Source: Podarcis vaucheri
Lineage: Eukaryota
Strand: one strand, 5' to 3'
Length of the DNA: 64,000 nt
NCBI GenBank assembly: GCA_965113315.1
Contig: OZ220375.1
Shown here: one piece after another, positions 11,174 through 23,128 of the stretch
Layout: each line of letters begins with the position of its first letter
How positions within the stretch are numbered: position 1 is the stretch's first letter
Translations under genes and position numbers: made by a program
Notes under the pieces: generated by a model
The model's input: the letters and a program-made list of their open reading frames with translations, nothing else
Told to the model about the DNA's origin: nothing
Databases searched by the model: none

Positions 11174-13343
11174 AGACTCAACTACTTGCCAGTAAATAAT
11201 TCCACAGGGGAGAGGGCAGATACTGCTCTCGGTTCTGGAATCTGACTTAACAGGGCACATAGGAACCAATCTGTCCTGCCAGGAGGGCACTAGGACGGGC
11301 ACAAGCAGGCAAAGAAGGATGGAGCGAGGGCAACAGGACTTTGGCTTAAAAAATAAAATAGGAAAACTGACAACCCAAGCTCTCATCATACTTTTTCGGC
11401 TTATGAAAGAGGGTTTTTCCTCTCCAGTGTGTTCTCCAGTAGCTTATTTGACTATGGGCAAAGTCTATGCAGGTTCTGGGCTCCCAGGATCTATCAAGTG
11501 GGTCATTCTTGGAGGCTACATTTAAACACAAAGACACACAAGCCCAGGCAACTCCTGAGCCTCCTCCCTCCAGTCCCCGGACAAGCCAAACATAAGGATA
11601 CATTTCTCCAGCTCCCCAATATATTTTTTATGAAATCCAAATCATGTTTGCTGAAATATTTCGTGAAATGCTGCCTTCTCCTGAAGATCAAACTCTTTCT
11701 GAGGGCTGAACCTTTCCATGAAAGCAGATGCATCCCTTTTAAGCCTTCAACCAATTTTCAGAAAAGAACATTTGCTAGAAATAAACCACACTTACGGCTG
11801 GCAAATTAAAACCAGGGGAAATGGTATAGCATCATGAGGGCAGAAGAAAGGGGAGGTCAAACAGTGAGCAGGTCTAAGAAGAAACCTGCTGGCTCCACTA
11901 TAAGAAAGAATGCTTGGTTTGATGGTCTGAGCCTACAGATAAAATCATGCAGGCACGCAAGCCTTCAGTTCATCTCACAGGTGGCTACTGCTCTACAACC
12001 TGCAGGCAGAACCTTGCCTTCAAAGTAATTTTGCTCTAGCCAATGCTGAGCCAAACATGATAATATGGACATCTTTTTAAAAATTAAATTTATAGTCCTC
12101 ATGATTGCAAAGAAAAATTCTGGAAATAAAAGTAGCAGTTTTTGAACCAAAGCTAAGAAAACAAAAGGGCAAGTAGAAGAACCTCAGTTTTGTTGTGAAT
12201 CTGCAATTTTTAAGTAGGGTATTTAAGGACATGATTCCTGTTTGGGTTGGGTTGTTTTTAGCAAATGCAGTCAGAAATAGGGATACTAATATTAATAATA
12301 AGCTCTCCTAAATTAACTAAAACCTTTCTGGGCATCCCTATAAAATACAACAGGTTCAGTTCTGCTTCAAGCGTAAATTGATTTTTAATGGTTTGATTAT
12401 ACTTTCCCCACACTTCCCTCCAAGGAAGACTTAGAAACCATAGTTTTATCAGGTTGCTGAGAACTCTCTGGTCTTAATCCACCATCACCTCTAGGCCATA
12501 TAGAAATACAATGCCTAAAATTCTTTGGTGAGCTGCAGTTCTGGAACTCGAGCCCATTGGCTTTGGCAAGGACAACATGCCTTTCAAGTTGGAAGGGAAA
12601 GGCAGAAACGTCCCCTAACTGTGGCCACTCTTGTCGAGGGGCAGAGAGATCAGAGGGAAAGCGAACCAACCAAGTCACACAACAGGATGATGCAAGGTTC
12701 CTGCACACTAGTATTTCTATTGCCCAACAATGCTGTCTGCTTTTCCAAAAGGGAAGACGTCCTGCACTGCAGCAAGTCAATAAATCTGCATCCTGGTAGA
12801 ATGTCTGAGCGCACCTCTCCCATGACAACTAGGCAGTCCCTCCTTTACATTCCTGGGAACCACAGAGCACTACAGCTATTGAGGCAACATCATCTCAGCT
12901 TGGTCAAGCTCACTTGGACATAAGTATCTCCGGGTGGGGGGGGGAGCCTTGGCCCAAGAGTTGCATTTCCTGTCACGTCTTCATTATGCCCGAGAATATT
13001 AGGGGTCTGAATCCCAAAATGTTCAGTTACCTGTCTAGGCACAACCAGCCAGGTATCCTACCCCCCAACCCACCGAAGACGTTATAACGGTCAAGCAAGT
13101 GCAATGTACTCTACCAACAGTAGTGGAACATTAGCAAAATAATAATAATAATAACAACAATAATACTTTTCTATCAGCTCACAATTGTAAATTCCTGCCC
13201 TACAAGGAGGGCGGGGAAATCAAAGTTCTAGCCGCATCGGGCAGAGTGACACCTCCGAAACCAGATCGCCTCTGGTAGGGTGGAGGTAGAGGAAAGCAGC
13301 GTTGGGAGGGGAGGGTGTTTATTCTGAGAAGGGGGCTCCCCGC

Positions 13344-14786
13344 CTAGTCAATTCCGCGGTGCAGCTTGAGATGGCGGGAGAGATTGCTCAAGGTGATGAA
13401 CCCTTTGTGGCAGACGGTGCACTTGAAAGGGCGCTCGCCACTGTGCAGCAGCCGGTGCCGTTTCAGGTAGCACTCGTGCCGGAAGAACTTGCCGCACTCG
13501 GTGCACTGGTAGGGCTTCTCGCCGGTGTGCACCAAGACGTGGCGGTCCAGGTCCCGCGGGCTGCGGAAGTACTTTTCGCACTCGCTGCATTTGTAGAGTT
13601 TCTTGCTGGGCCGGGCGGGGAACGCGCGGAGGTCCAACTGCGGCAACAGGTGGCGTTCCAGCTCACTGCCGGGGCCTGACATCGGGGAAGCAGCCACGGC
13701 GTGGCTCAACTGGTGCTCCTCCAGGGTCTGCAAGTTCACAAAGGGCTGGCCGCATATCCCGCAGCTGAAGGAGGGCTCGCCGCCATGAGCAGTCAAGTGA
13801 GCCGCCAGGGTGTTGCCATTGGCGAAAAAGGTCCCGCATTCACACTGGTACAGCGTTTCGGGGGGCCGCATGTCCGGAGGGTGGCAGGTGGGGCAGCCCC
13901 TGCTGTGCTGCTGGGCCTCTGTCCCCCCATCTCGCGGCTCTTCTTGCAGGCCCCGCAATTCCAGCATCCCATCGCTTGGCGGAACCTTCCCAGAGCACAC
14001 TGGGCAGGGCGGGGGCCTGTCCTTGGCATGTGTGAGCTTGTGGCGCTCCAGCAGCGCCGCAGCGTTGAAGTCCCGCTCACAGTCGGGGCACTTGAAGGGC
14101 TTGATGTCAGTGTGGGCGAGCCAATGGCGCCGCAGTTCGGATGCCAACTGGAAATGGCGCCCGCAGGCCCCGCAGCCAAAGGGCGCGGCCCGGCCTCGCC
14201 CGGCGCTGCAGAGGTGCCCCAGGGGACTTTGCTCTTTCCCGCAGGCCAGGCAGCGGGGGGCGGGTGTCTGAGGGGCTGCGGCAGCGGGGGAGGCGCGGTG
14301 CTGCCGCTTGAGGTGGCGCCCCAGGCTGCTGCGGGAGGAGAAGCGGAGCTCGCAGACGTGGCAGCAGTAGGGCTTCTCCCCCGTGTGCACCACCTGGTGG
14401 TGGAGGAGCCCCGTGGAGTCTCGGAAGCCTTTGGGGCACATGGTGCAGCGGTAGGGGCGCTCCCCGGTGTGGCTCCGGATGTGGTTCACCAGGTTGAAGG
14501 AATGCTTGAAGCTCTTGACGCAGTGAGGGCACTGGAAAGGCTTGAGCTCGGTGTGCCGGGCAAAATGGCGGCGCAGGTCCGAGCGGTAACGAAAGCTCTT
14601 GTCGCACTCGGAGCAGTGGAAAGGGGCCCGGGCACCTGGCCCATGGTCTGTTAGGAGCGACGGGTCGTCCTCCGCGTCCGAGTAGAGAACGGCACACTCT
14701 TCCATGGTTCCGGTGGCAGTCCGGACCCCACCTGGGGCCTGAAGGGAGTGCTGGCCCTCTGGCCACTCTTCATCGCAGTTCTCCAT
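13344..14786 (-). CDS. FIZ1: FLT3-interacting zinc finger 1 (11 C2H2 fingers), single coding exon
   Basis: [68 protein letters not shown] and CERDFNAAALLERHKLTH match FIZ1 as I recall it. Acceptor ctttctctgtcccgtag at 14803 puts the likely start at ATG 14786 rather than 14879. Confidence 0.88.
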   Translation of the reverse strand: MENCDEEWPEGQHSLQAPGGVRTATGTMEECAVLYSDAEDDPSLLTDHGPGARAPFHCSECDKSFRYRSDLRRHFARHTELKPFQCPHCVKSFKHSFNLVNHIRSHTGERPYRCTMCPKGFRDSTGLLHHQVVHTGEKPYCCHVCELRFSSRSSLGRHLKRQHRASPAAAAPQTPAPRCLACGKEQSPLGHLCSAGRGRAAPFGCGACGRHFQLASELRRHWLAHTDIKPFKCPDCERDFNAAALLERHKLTHAKDRPPPCPVCSGKVPPSDGMLELRGLQEEPRDGGTEAQQHSRGCPTCHPPDMRPPETLYQCECGTFFANGNTLAAHLTAHGGEPSFSCGICGQPFVNLQTLEEHQLSHAVAASPMSGPGSELERHLLPQLDLRAFPARPSKKLYKCSECEKYFRSPRDLDRHVLVHTGEKPYQCTECGKFFRHECYLKRHRLLHSGERPFKCTVCHKGFITLSNLSRHLKLHRGID

Positions 14787-14914
14787 CTGCCCAACAGTGC
14801 CTCTACGGGACAGAGAAAGGACAGTGAAAGAATCAGAGTGGGACTCCATGGCCGCCAAGCCCTCCCAGTATAAAAGCATTCCCTCCCCCTGATTAAACCC
14901 CGCTATCCGGAACA

Positions 14915-15125
14915 GGGAGCCAGTGTGGAGAAGTGGTTAGAGTGTTGGACCAGGAACTGTGAGAGACCAGGGTTCAATCCCCACTCAGCTATGAAACTCA
15001 CTAGGTTACCTTGGTCCATTTGCTGTTTCTCAGCTGAACCTACCTCAAAGGGTTGCTGTGTGGATAAAATGGGGAGGAAGTGAACCATGCATGCCGCCTT
15101 GAGCACATTGGAGGAGAGGTGGCAT
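14915..15125 (+). mobile_element. tRNA-derived (MIR/Squam-like) SINE
   Basis: agtggttagag A-box and ggttcaatccc B-box, cagggttgttgtg-like core; related copies at ~18705-18940, ~41030-41100, ~45320-45430. Confidence 0.65.
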
Positions 15126-15376
15126 ATACACACAATCAATCAATCAAGCCTAGCACAGAAGGTGCCTGCGGAGCACACACCTCTCCAAGATGCCAAGGCA
15201 GGAATCTTCGGAATCTGCATGTATGTGAAAATGGCTCTTCGTGTAGTCAGTGGGCTTGGGTCAAATAAGGTTCAGCTTATAGCTTTTGCTTCCAGAAACA
15301 GGAAGTGAGTCAAAGGATTTGGGGAATTCTCAAAACTTTTCAATTGCACAAGATGACAGAGGGTGGCAGACAGTAC

Positions 15377-15600
15377 AGTCAACCTTGGTTGTCAAACGTC
15401 TCGGCTGCTGAATGTTTCGGAAGCCAAACACTGACAACCTGGAAGTAACTGCTTCCGTTTTTGAGCGTGTCTCCAAAGTCGAACAGCTTCCGCGGCGTGT
15501 TTGTCAATTTCCCCCATTGAACTTGCCCTTTGATCCTCGGTTTTGGAAGTCAAACGGACTTCCAGAACAGATTACTTTCAAAAACAGAGGTCCCACTTTA
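15377..15600. mobile_element. Degenerate Tigger-like MITE
   Basis: TA-cagtcaaccttggttgtcaaacg; internal ttttggaagtcaaacggacttccagaa shared with 521-1296. Confidence 0.6.
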
Positions 15601-17551
15601 CTAGGTTTGGATGTGGGGAATATTCCAGATCTGGATCTGTGCCCAGCTAGTGGTGACAATGGCTAGGCTGACCTGGGGGGGGGGGGCGGGATCACGGTCT
15701 GGACTCTCAACCTAATTGGTCTCACCGAGCTGATCTGTGCATAAATGAGATGATGATAAAGGGCACAACTGTAAAGATCACTCTGCAGATGGAAGTCCCA
15801 TTAAGTCCAATAAATCTTACTCCCAGGAAAGCATGTATAGGATTGCAGCTAAAGATACTGGACAGGGATAATAAAAAGCCCACTCACTATTTTCTGCAGC
15901 AGAGAAATGTAGCACACTCAGAAACATGCATCCCTTGAATTTATTTGAATGAAATGAGGCGGGGAGGTTCCTAGTTGTGGGGGGTAGTCAGTGAGACCTA
16001 GGATTGTGTTTAAAAGGTTAGAGACTAGAAGTGAAGCCATCCCTTTCCAAAGTACCCGGAAGTCCCCCAAATCTGTGTGAAGCCATTCTGTCCTAAACTC
16101 CTAGCTCCCCCCCCCCCCGATCCCAACCCCAAAGTCCTGACTTTCAGCCACACTTGGCACAAAAGATGTTCATATGCATGGCCAGCAACACAACAGCTGA
16201 CTCTGGGTCTCTTCCACATTACAGTTCTATGATTCTATAAACATGTAACACAGAAATTTGTCCCAAAATTGTAGGTGGATTTAAATTTGCACTTAAAGTA
16301 ATATTTAGGTGAAAGCTTAATTGCTACTGCGATGCTGCCAGTTGTGAAGTGATCTTGCTTGAGGTAGCAGAAAAGACAGAAGGAAGTTAAGCCATGTATT
16401 CCCTCTTGGAAGCAAGTGTCCCCTGCCAGAAAACCCAAAAGACCAAGCATCACGGATTCCACTTTCCCACCTTGGCTGCATAACATGCTTATGCATTCTG
16501 TTAATTAATTCAGAATAACTACTACTGCTCAGGTTCCAGAAATCCAAGTTGTTAATGAGTGTACTCCCACATCAGTTGTACGTTGTGGAAGACATTAACC
16601 CATTTATCCTGACTGACTATAAGTAGAGGAAAAAAGATGTTAAGGATAACTTGTTTTATTTCCTTCTTATAATTGTTTCTATAAATACATAATCCATATA
16701 AAAGACACTTGATAGGTAGAAAAACATAAACCATGACAGCCATGTATCACACTAATAATACACAGTTGTACATGAAAAAGTCTACACCTAAACATCCAGC
16801 TTTATCTTTTAAATATGTACTGCAATCAACACTAATGCTTGTTCATATCTTAAAACAAACTCCCATACTACTTATTACTATTACTTTATCGTAACATTCT
16901 ATATAGCACATACTGCTTCCTAATGTTCATAACTTCCTACTGATGTATCAGGTTACTGAATCCTATTTAATTAAATCCTTCCTTTTAATTTAAAATCACT
17001 GGCAATTTTATATTGTTGACTTGTTCTCTAATTGGGTTCAGTTTATGAGGTTTAATCATCCACCCTCCCTTCCCAGCTCGGGCACATAACATTCCAGTAG
17101 TTGACAGAAATGTAAAGAATTTGGGTCCGGACATGATGTTACAATGCTCTCCTTTGCATAGTTTAATGAACAATAAAAAAAGCTGATCCCCGGGGATTTG
17201 TACTTGAAATAAGGTGTTACGGAGAACTAACCTGCCTTAAGTGATCTTGACTAGGCACCCTTACAGAACCCATGAGTTCTGGCTCCCAGCATTTCCCAGC
17301 AATGACCCCCCACCCTAACTCTGTCTGCCCCCTCCCTAAAGAACCCAGGCGCCCCCCCCCTCGTCTCTCCTTCTTGGCCTCTTTATCCCACCTGCATGAC
17401 CCACTTGGCTCAGGCACAGAGGCGGCCAGTGCCAAGGTGTCAATCACGGGGTGGGTGAAGGGTGGGTCTGTTTCTCCCCTGTGTTTCCAACCCCCCCCCC
17501 AAAGTCTAAGGGGAATCCCTCCCCCTCCCCACCCACCTCCCCGGTACTCAC

Positions 17552-18300
17552 AACTTCTTATAGGTGCCGACATTTTACGGGGGCGGTGGGGGGCCATTTC
17601 TTCGGAGGAAGGGGACAGAGCCTCTTCCCCCGCCACCAACCTCCCATAGCAGCAAGCAGCCAGGCTGGTGGTGGGGTGTTGACCTCTTGCGATAGCCTGT
17701 CCTCTCCACCCTCAAATCCAACCCCTATGGAAGTTCACAGGACACCCCACCCCCCACTCCGCCCCCATCTTTTCTGTGGGCAAGGAGGGAGGAGTAACAA
17801 CGGTCTCATCTTCGCCATCTTTACTGTGGGCACGCGATGAGGGACTGGAGGCTCGGTGAAGCGACATTTTTTGTGTGGGCAGCCGGCTCAAAGGTGTGAT
17901 ATTTACTGATATTCACAGCACCGTTCTGCACAATCTCAGGGCCATACTAACAAGAGTCTTGTATTTTTAGTGTAGGAAATAGGTTTATTATTATTGGTTA
18001 GAAGGGAGGGGGAGCGCGAAAACGATGGAAAGCACCCATCTTTCTTACTGGCAAAGGGAAGTGCAGCGAGGCCGCCATGTTTGCGCCGGGCAGTAAGCGA
18101 AGAGCTGAACGAAGGGACATGTCTTTGTTGTTACTACGGCAACTTCCCCGCACCATCCAATGGAGCCGCCATATTTGATGTGGGCAAAGAAGATTAAAGG
18201 TCATTTTTGACACTCAGGGAGGCGCCAAATTTTCGTTTTGAAATGCATAAACTAAAACAAAACCAAAACAGGTTTATCGTTCGCGTGGCCAGAGAAGCAC
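17552..18300 (-). promoter_or_regulatory. FIZ1: FIZ1 CpG-island promoter and candidate non-coding exon 1
   Basis: CpG-rich; minus-strand donor GTGAGT at 17551-17546; five co-oriented YY1-like motifs (17566, 17812, 17860, 18071, 18164). Confidence 0.6.
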
Positions 18301-19295
18301 CATTATTTATTGTGAGGGAAAAAGTAAGAATAGGAATCCATCAGTGATGAGGTAAGGAAGGAGGGGGGCTGAGGGGATCCCATATTTTAGTCTCTTCTTG
18401 AAAAACTCAAATGGTAAGTAATTGCAGTGTTTCTGCATCACTCAGATTTATGAGGCTTCAACAGCGGAAAGAGCCGTAATTTGTCACCCCCTACGCTGAC
18501 AGAAACTCCACAGGTGAGGCTCCTTATGCCATTATAATTCTGTGAGGCAATTTCTCCCTGTCATAGTGGGGCAGGGAAATTAAGTTAATTCACCTTAGCT
18601 AGGTGAATATGGGAGAAGGAAATTATTGCAATAAGGGTCAGGCTTTCCCAGTCAGCATCCATTTATACATAATTTCCGCTTTACTAATAAGGTTCTCAAA
18701 TGGAGAGCCAGTGTGGTTAGTGTCAGCAACTAGGACCTGGGAGACCAGGGTTCAACTCCTCATTCAGCCATGAAGCTGCCCTTAGGCCAGTCACTGCCTC
18801 TCAGCCCAGTCACTACCCAGCAAGGTTGTTGTGGGGACTGATTAAGGTGGAAGGGAGAACAGATTGCAGGGCTACTGCCAGAAACATCAATCCTGGGTCT
18901 CCACCTTGAGCTCCTTGGAGAAAAAGGTGGAATATAAATACAATCAATCAATCAATGCTCTGCTGAAGCAGCTTGTATGCCAGAACAATGCAAATATATT
19001 TAAAACAAGGGGAAAGTTCTGTTCTAATCTATTCATATTTTAATTAAATTAAATTTACAGCACAATTTATCCTGACAACTTAGAATGGCTGACAGTGAAA
19101 AAGCCTCATTAAAAAAAAAAACCAATCACTGCCCAGTCAGTGTTGATTTTTAAATCGTATAATGTAATTTTTACATGTTTTCATTTTGTTATTAATATAT
19201 ACTTTTGTATTGATCTGTTTTGTATATCACTTTGTGTTTCTTTTGCATATAGAGCAATTAAGAAAATTTCTAAACACTGTTAAGTAAAATTTAGA

Positions 19296-19533
19296 CAGTG
19301 GTACCTTGGTTCTCAAACTTAATCCATTCTGGGAGTCTGTTTTGACTCCCGAAACCATTCAAAAACTAAGGTGCAGCTTCTGATTGGCTGCAGGAGCTTC
19401 CTGCACCAAGAGGAAGCTGTGTTGAACGTTCAGCTTCTGAAAAACGTTTGCAAACTGGAACACTTCCGGGTTTGCGGCGTACTGGAGCCAATTTGTTTGG
19501 CAATTAAGCCATTTGGGAACCAAGGTACCACTG
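19296..19533. mobile_element. Tigger-like MITE
   Basis: TIRs cagtggtaccttggttc / gaaccaaggtaccactg. Confidence 0.8.
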
Positions 19534-19742
19534 TACTCCCTTGCTTGCTTTATTGTGTCTCCACTCCAACCCCCTCACAGCTTCTATTTATGTTGCTTTT
19601 AAAACACACAAACATGCTTTGTCAGGTGAGTCTCGAAGGCAGTGCAGTTCCATGGATTGTGTTATGAGTGCACTCAGTTCATCTTAAGGTATCTTGGTGG
19701 GACAGGGTGCAAGAAGGGAAGGGCTATAGTAGCTCAGTGGTA

Positions 19743-20195
19743 CCGTATTTTTCGCCCTATAGGACGCACTTTTTCCCCTCCAAAAATGAAGGGGAAATGT
19801 GTGTGCATCCTATGGGGCGAATGCAGGCTTTTGCTGAAGCCTGGAGAGCGAGAGGGGTCGGTGTGCACCGACCCCTCTCCCTCTCCAGGCTTCAGGAAGC
19901 TATCCGCAAGCCGTGGGAGCCCGCAGGAGTTCCCCCCGGGTTCCCCCGGCTTGTGCAGAGCTGCCTGCATCCCGAAGCCCCAGCGCGCTGAGCGGTTGTG
20001 CCGGGGCTTCGGGTAGCTCTGCGCAAGCCACGGGAGGGCTCCCAAGGCTTGCGGAGAGCAGCCTGTTCTGGGGGCTGGGGTCGGGGGAAGCTCGGGCCTC
20101 CCCCGCCCCAGCCTTGCGCCTTGGGGGGGGGATAATTTTTTTTTCTTTATTTCCCCCCAAAAAACTAGGTGCGCCTTATGGGGCGAAAAATACGG
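19743..20195. mobile_element. Tc1/mariner MITE inserted in a tRNA-SINE head
   Basis: TIRs ccgtatttttcgccc / gggcgaaaaatacgg, TA TSD; flanks join to tagctcagtggta...tttgcatgcagaaggtccc. Confidence 0.85.
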
Positions 20196-21095
20196 TAATT
20201 TGCATGCAGAAGGTCCCATTTCAGTCCTCATGCAGGGATGAAAATGTCCATGTGAAACCTTGCATAGCTGCTGTTAATCAGTGTGGACAATGCATGGTAG
20301 TCTGACTCAGCATAAAACAGTTTCCTAAATCCTTAGGTGTTCTCTAAACTCTATTGGACCTAAGCTATTTAGCATCTTGAATTGTGGCTGGAGGCCTTTT
20401 GCAGAATTTGGAAACTGGTGCATTTTTTTTCTGGTAACTTCCTCCTGTTAGTTCAACAGTCTTCAAGGTCAAGCCAACATGTCATTTGTAGTCACATCAC
20501 AAAAAAATGAATGATGGCTGTTAGATCTGTACATGATCTTTGTGAGATAACCAGCCTTATACAACCAAGTCTAATTAATACACAAAAGGCTTGAGATCAT
20601 AAAGCAAGCTGTCCTTAACCTTGGGAGGGACTGGGTGATCAATCATATGGTTCAACCTCCAGTCTACCTGATGAACTCAGCATGTGAGGTCTGAGTTGGT
20701 TGCTGTAGCTCAGACTCTATGGCTCTTACAAGCTACTCTTGAGTTCCTATACCAATAATTTAGGATTTTCACCATTGTAAGTAAGTCAGGTTTTACTGAC
20801 TGTGCAACTTTTTCTGAATGCTGTATGGAAAAGTACATTAATCTGACCTTTGGAGAGTTTGTAAGTAAACCATTTTTTAAAACTTGTCAAACATATGGTC
20901 TTTTTCTACACTAGGAAAAGAGTGCAACTTTGGGGGAAAAACATCTTGAGGAGACATTTTGGAACTCACTTTAAATTAAGGGCATATTTTAAAGGTTTAA
21001 CAACCTCTATTTCCACATTTTACTTTGCTGCATGTTTTGTGATTTCAAACCTCTTGATCATGGCATCCAGGAATTCTCCTTTTTATATAACTATA

Positions 21096-21531
21096 CAGTG
21101 GTGCCTCGCAAGACGAAATTAATTCGTTCCGCAAGTTTTTTCTTCTTGCGAGTTTTTCGTCTTGCGAAGCACGGTTTCCCATAGGAATGCATTGAAAATC
21201 AATCAATGCGTTCCTATGGAGACCGTCCGGGGACAGAGGGGAAGCGCCGCGCGCCTTCCCCTCTGTCCCCGGACCTGTTTTAAAGCAAGGGAAGGGGCAG
21301 TGGGGAGAATCGCTTCTCCCCGTTGCTGCCCCTTGGTTCAAAAGGGGTCCGGGGACAGCGGGGAAGATGCGCTGCGCTTCCCCGCTATCCCCGGAGCTTG
21401 TGGGGCAAGCTTCATTTTGTGAAGCAAGCCCATAGGGAAATGCGTCTTGTGAAGCGGCTAAGAAAACGAAAAACTCCTTCGTCTAGCGAGTTTTTCGCCT
21501 TCCGAGGCGTTCGTCTTGTGGGGCACCACTG
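21096..21531. mobile_element. Tc1/mariner MITE (gcaagacg family)
   Basis: Same TIRs as 4987-5326, TA TSD. Confidence 0.85.
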
Positions 21532-22166
21532 TATTTCCTTACCACCAACAATCATTTCATCAGGAGAAACAAATAGTTTTGTGACTGAATCCAGGAGTAA
21601 TCAGAGACTGAATGTCCTTTGAAGCTGAACTCTCATCATTTTGTTCTCTAACTACATTCTCAAAACCAGAGGCAATTGGCACTTTTGCTACACAAAACAA
21701 CATGTATTTACTCCAGGTTAATTGAGCAAGGATAGCTAATACCCTTTGATTCTATACTGCTGCTCAGTAGCATTAAAAAAACCTGTTTCTCCCAGGTGAC
21801 ATCCTCCCCTTTAAGCATTCCTTAATGTACTCCTACTCAGCATTTTATTGTGTGATCTGCCTGAAAACTTTTTTATTTTTTAACTGCTGTTGGTTTTACA
21901 GTGGAACCTTGGGTTATGGCAGGGATCTGTTCTGGAGGCCTCACTGCAACCTGAAAATGACGCACATTGAAGCGCCGCATCTGCATATGTACGGTGCGAT
22001 TTAGAGCTTCTGTGCAAGCTGCAAACCCGGAAGTAACCTGTTCTGGTACTTCCAGGCTTGCCGCAGACATTCACCAAAGTGGACGCAAGCGGAGGCAGAC
22101 GCAGAACAAGGTTTGACTGTATTATTTTTACTTTTTAAGGTTGAATTTTCATTGTATTTTGTATTA

Positions 22167-22427
22167 CAGTGGTACCTCGCAAGACGAATGCCTCGCAAGA
22201 CGAAAAACGCGCAAGACGAAAGAGTTTTCCGTTTTTTGAGTTGTTCTGCAAGACGAATTTCCCTATGGGCTTGCTTCGCAAGACGAAACGTCTTGCGAGT
22301 TCGTTTCCTTTTTCTTAAAGCCCCTAAGCCGTTAATAGCCGCTAATAGCCGTGCTTCGCAAGACGAAAAAACCGCAAGACGAAGAGACTCGTGGAACGGA
22401 TTAATTTCGTCTTGCGGGGCACCACTG
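22167..22427. mobile_element. Tc1/mariner MITE (gcaagacg family)
   Basis: TIRs cagtggtacctcgcaagacg / cgtcttgcggggcaccactg, TA TSD. Confidence 0.85.
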
Positions 22428-22886
22428 TATGTTGGTTTTGAGTAGTGTAGCCTTGTGTACTTAGGGTTTTGTTTTTAAAAAGTGGGGTAGGAATTCATTA
22501 GTAAAAGTAAATAGTGGTTGTGTTAAGTGATGATTCCATATTGATATTTAAATTGAGCCCTGAAAGGGTTTCTGACCCCTGCAGAACCTTGGCTCCTGCA
22601 GCTAATTGGAAGCCACGGAAGTCGCATCAGACGTTAGGGTTCCAAATAATGTTTGCAAACCGGAACACTCACTACCGGGTTTGTGGCGTTCAGGAGCTGA
22701 AACGTTAAGACTTGCAAGGTGTTTGGGATCCAAGGTATGACTGTACTGAGCTGCACTGACCAACGGTCTGACTCTGTATACAGCAGCTTTCTACTGGGGG
22801 GGGGGGTGTCATTGGTTCCCCATCTCTGCCACAGCTTGTACAACGTAAGCGTGTAACTTAGCTTCATTATTTCTCAACAAAGCAAC

Positions 22887-22892
22887 TTTATT
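22887..22892 (-). terminator. Candidate polyadenylation signal of the sacsin-like gene
   Basis: AATAAA on the minus strand ~240 nt after the stop codon. Confidence 0.6.
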
Positions 22893-23128
22893 TTTTCTGT
22901 ATATAAGAAGACAGGTAACAAAGTGTCACTGTTCAAGAATGGTTATCTAGTCCTGTTTTCTCACATGATACAGTGTTAGTGAGTTAGGAATTGTTTGAAG
23001 AGACATCAATTTTCTAAACAGGCCCCGCTCCCATTTTATAATATTTGATCCCAAATGTTTCAGCTACAAGAATGCCCATGTTTATATATTGTCAGTCAAG
23101 ACTTTAAACAAAAAAATCCTCACAACTC

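Noticed and set aside
13701-14766. 317-aa, 219-aa and other ORFs overlapping FIZ1
   Set aside because: Expected alternative or antisense open frames in a GC-rich zinc-finger exon
16490-17185. AT-rich segment ending aataaaaaaa, possible L1 3' end
   Set aside because: No recognisable ORF2 motif, so too weak to call
22167-22427. CRISPR-like short repeats (gcaagacgaa)
   Set aside because: Sub-terminal repeats of a eukaryotic MITE; no regular spacers or cas genes
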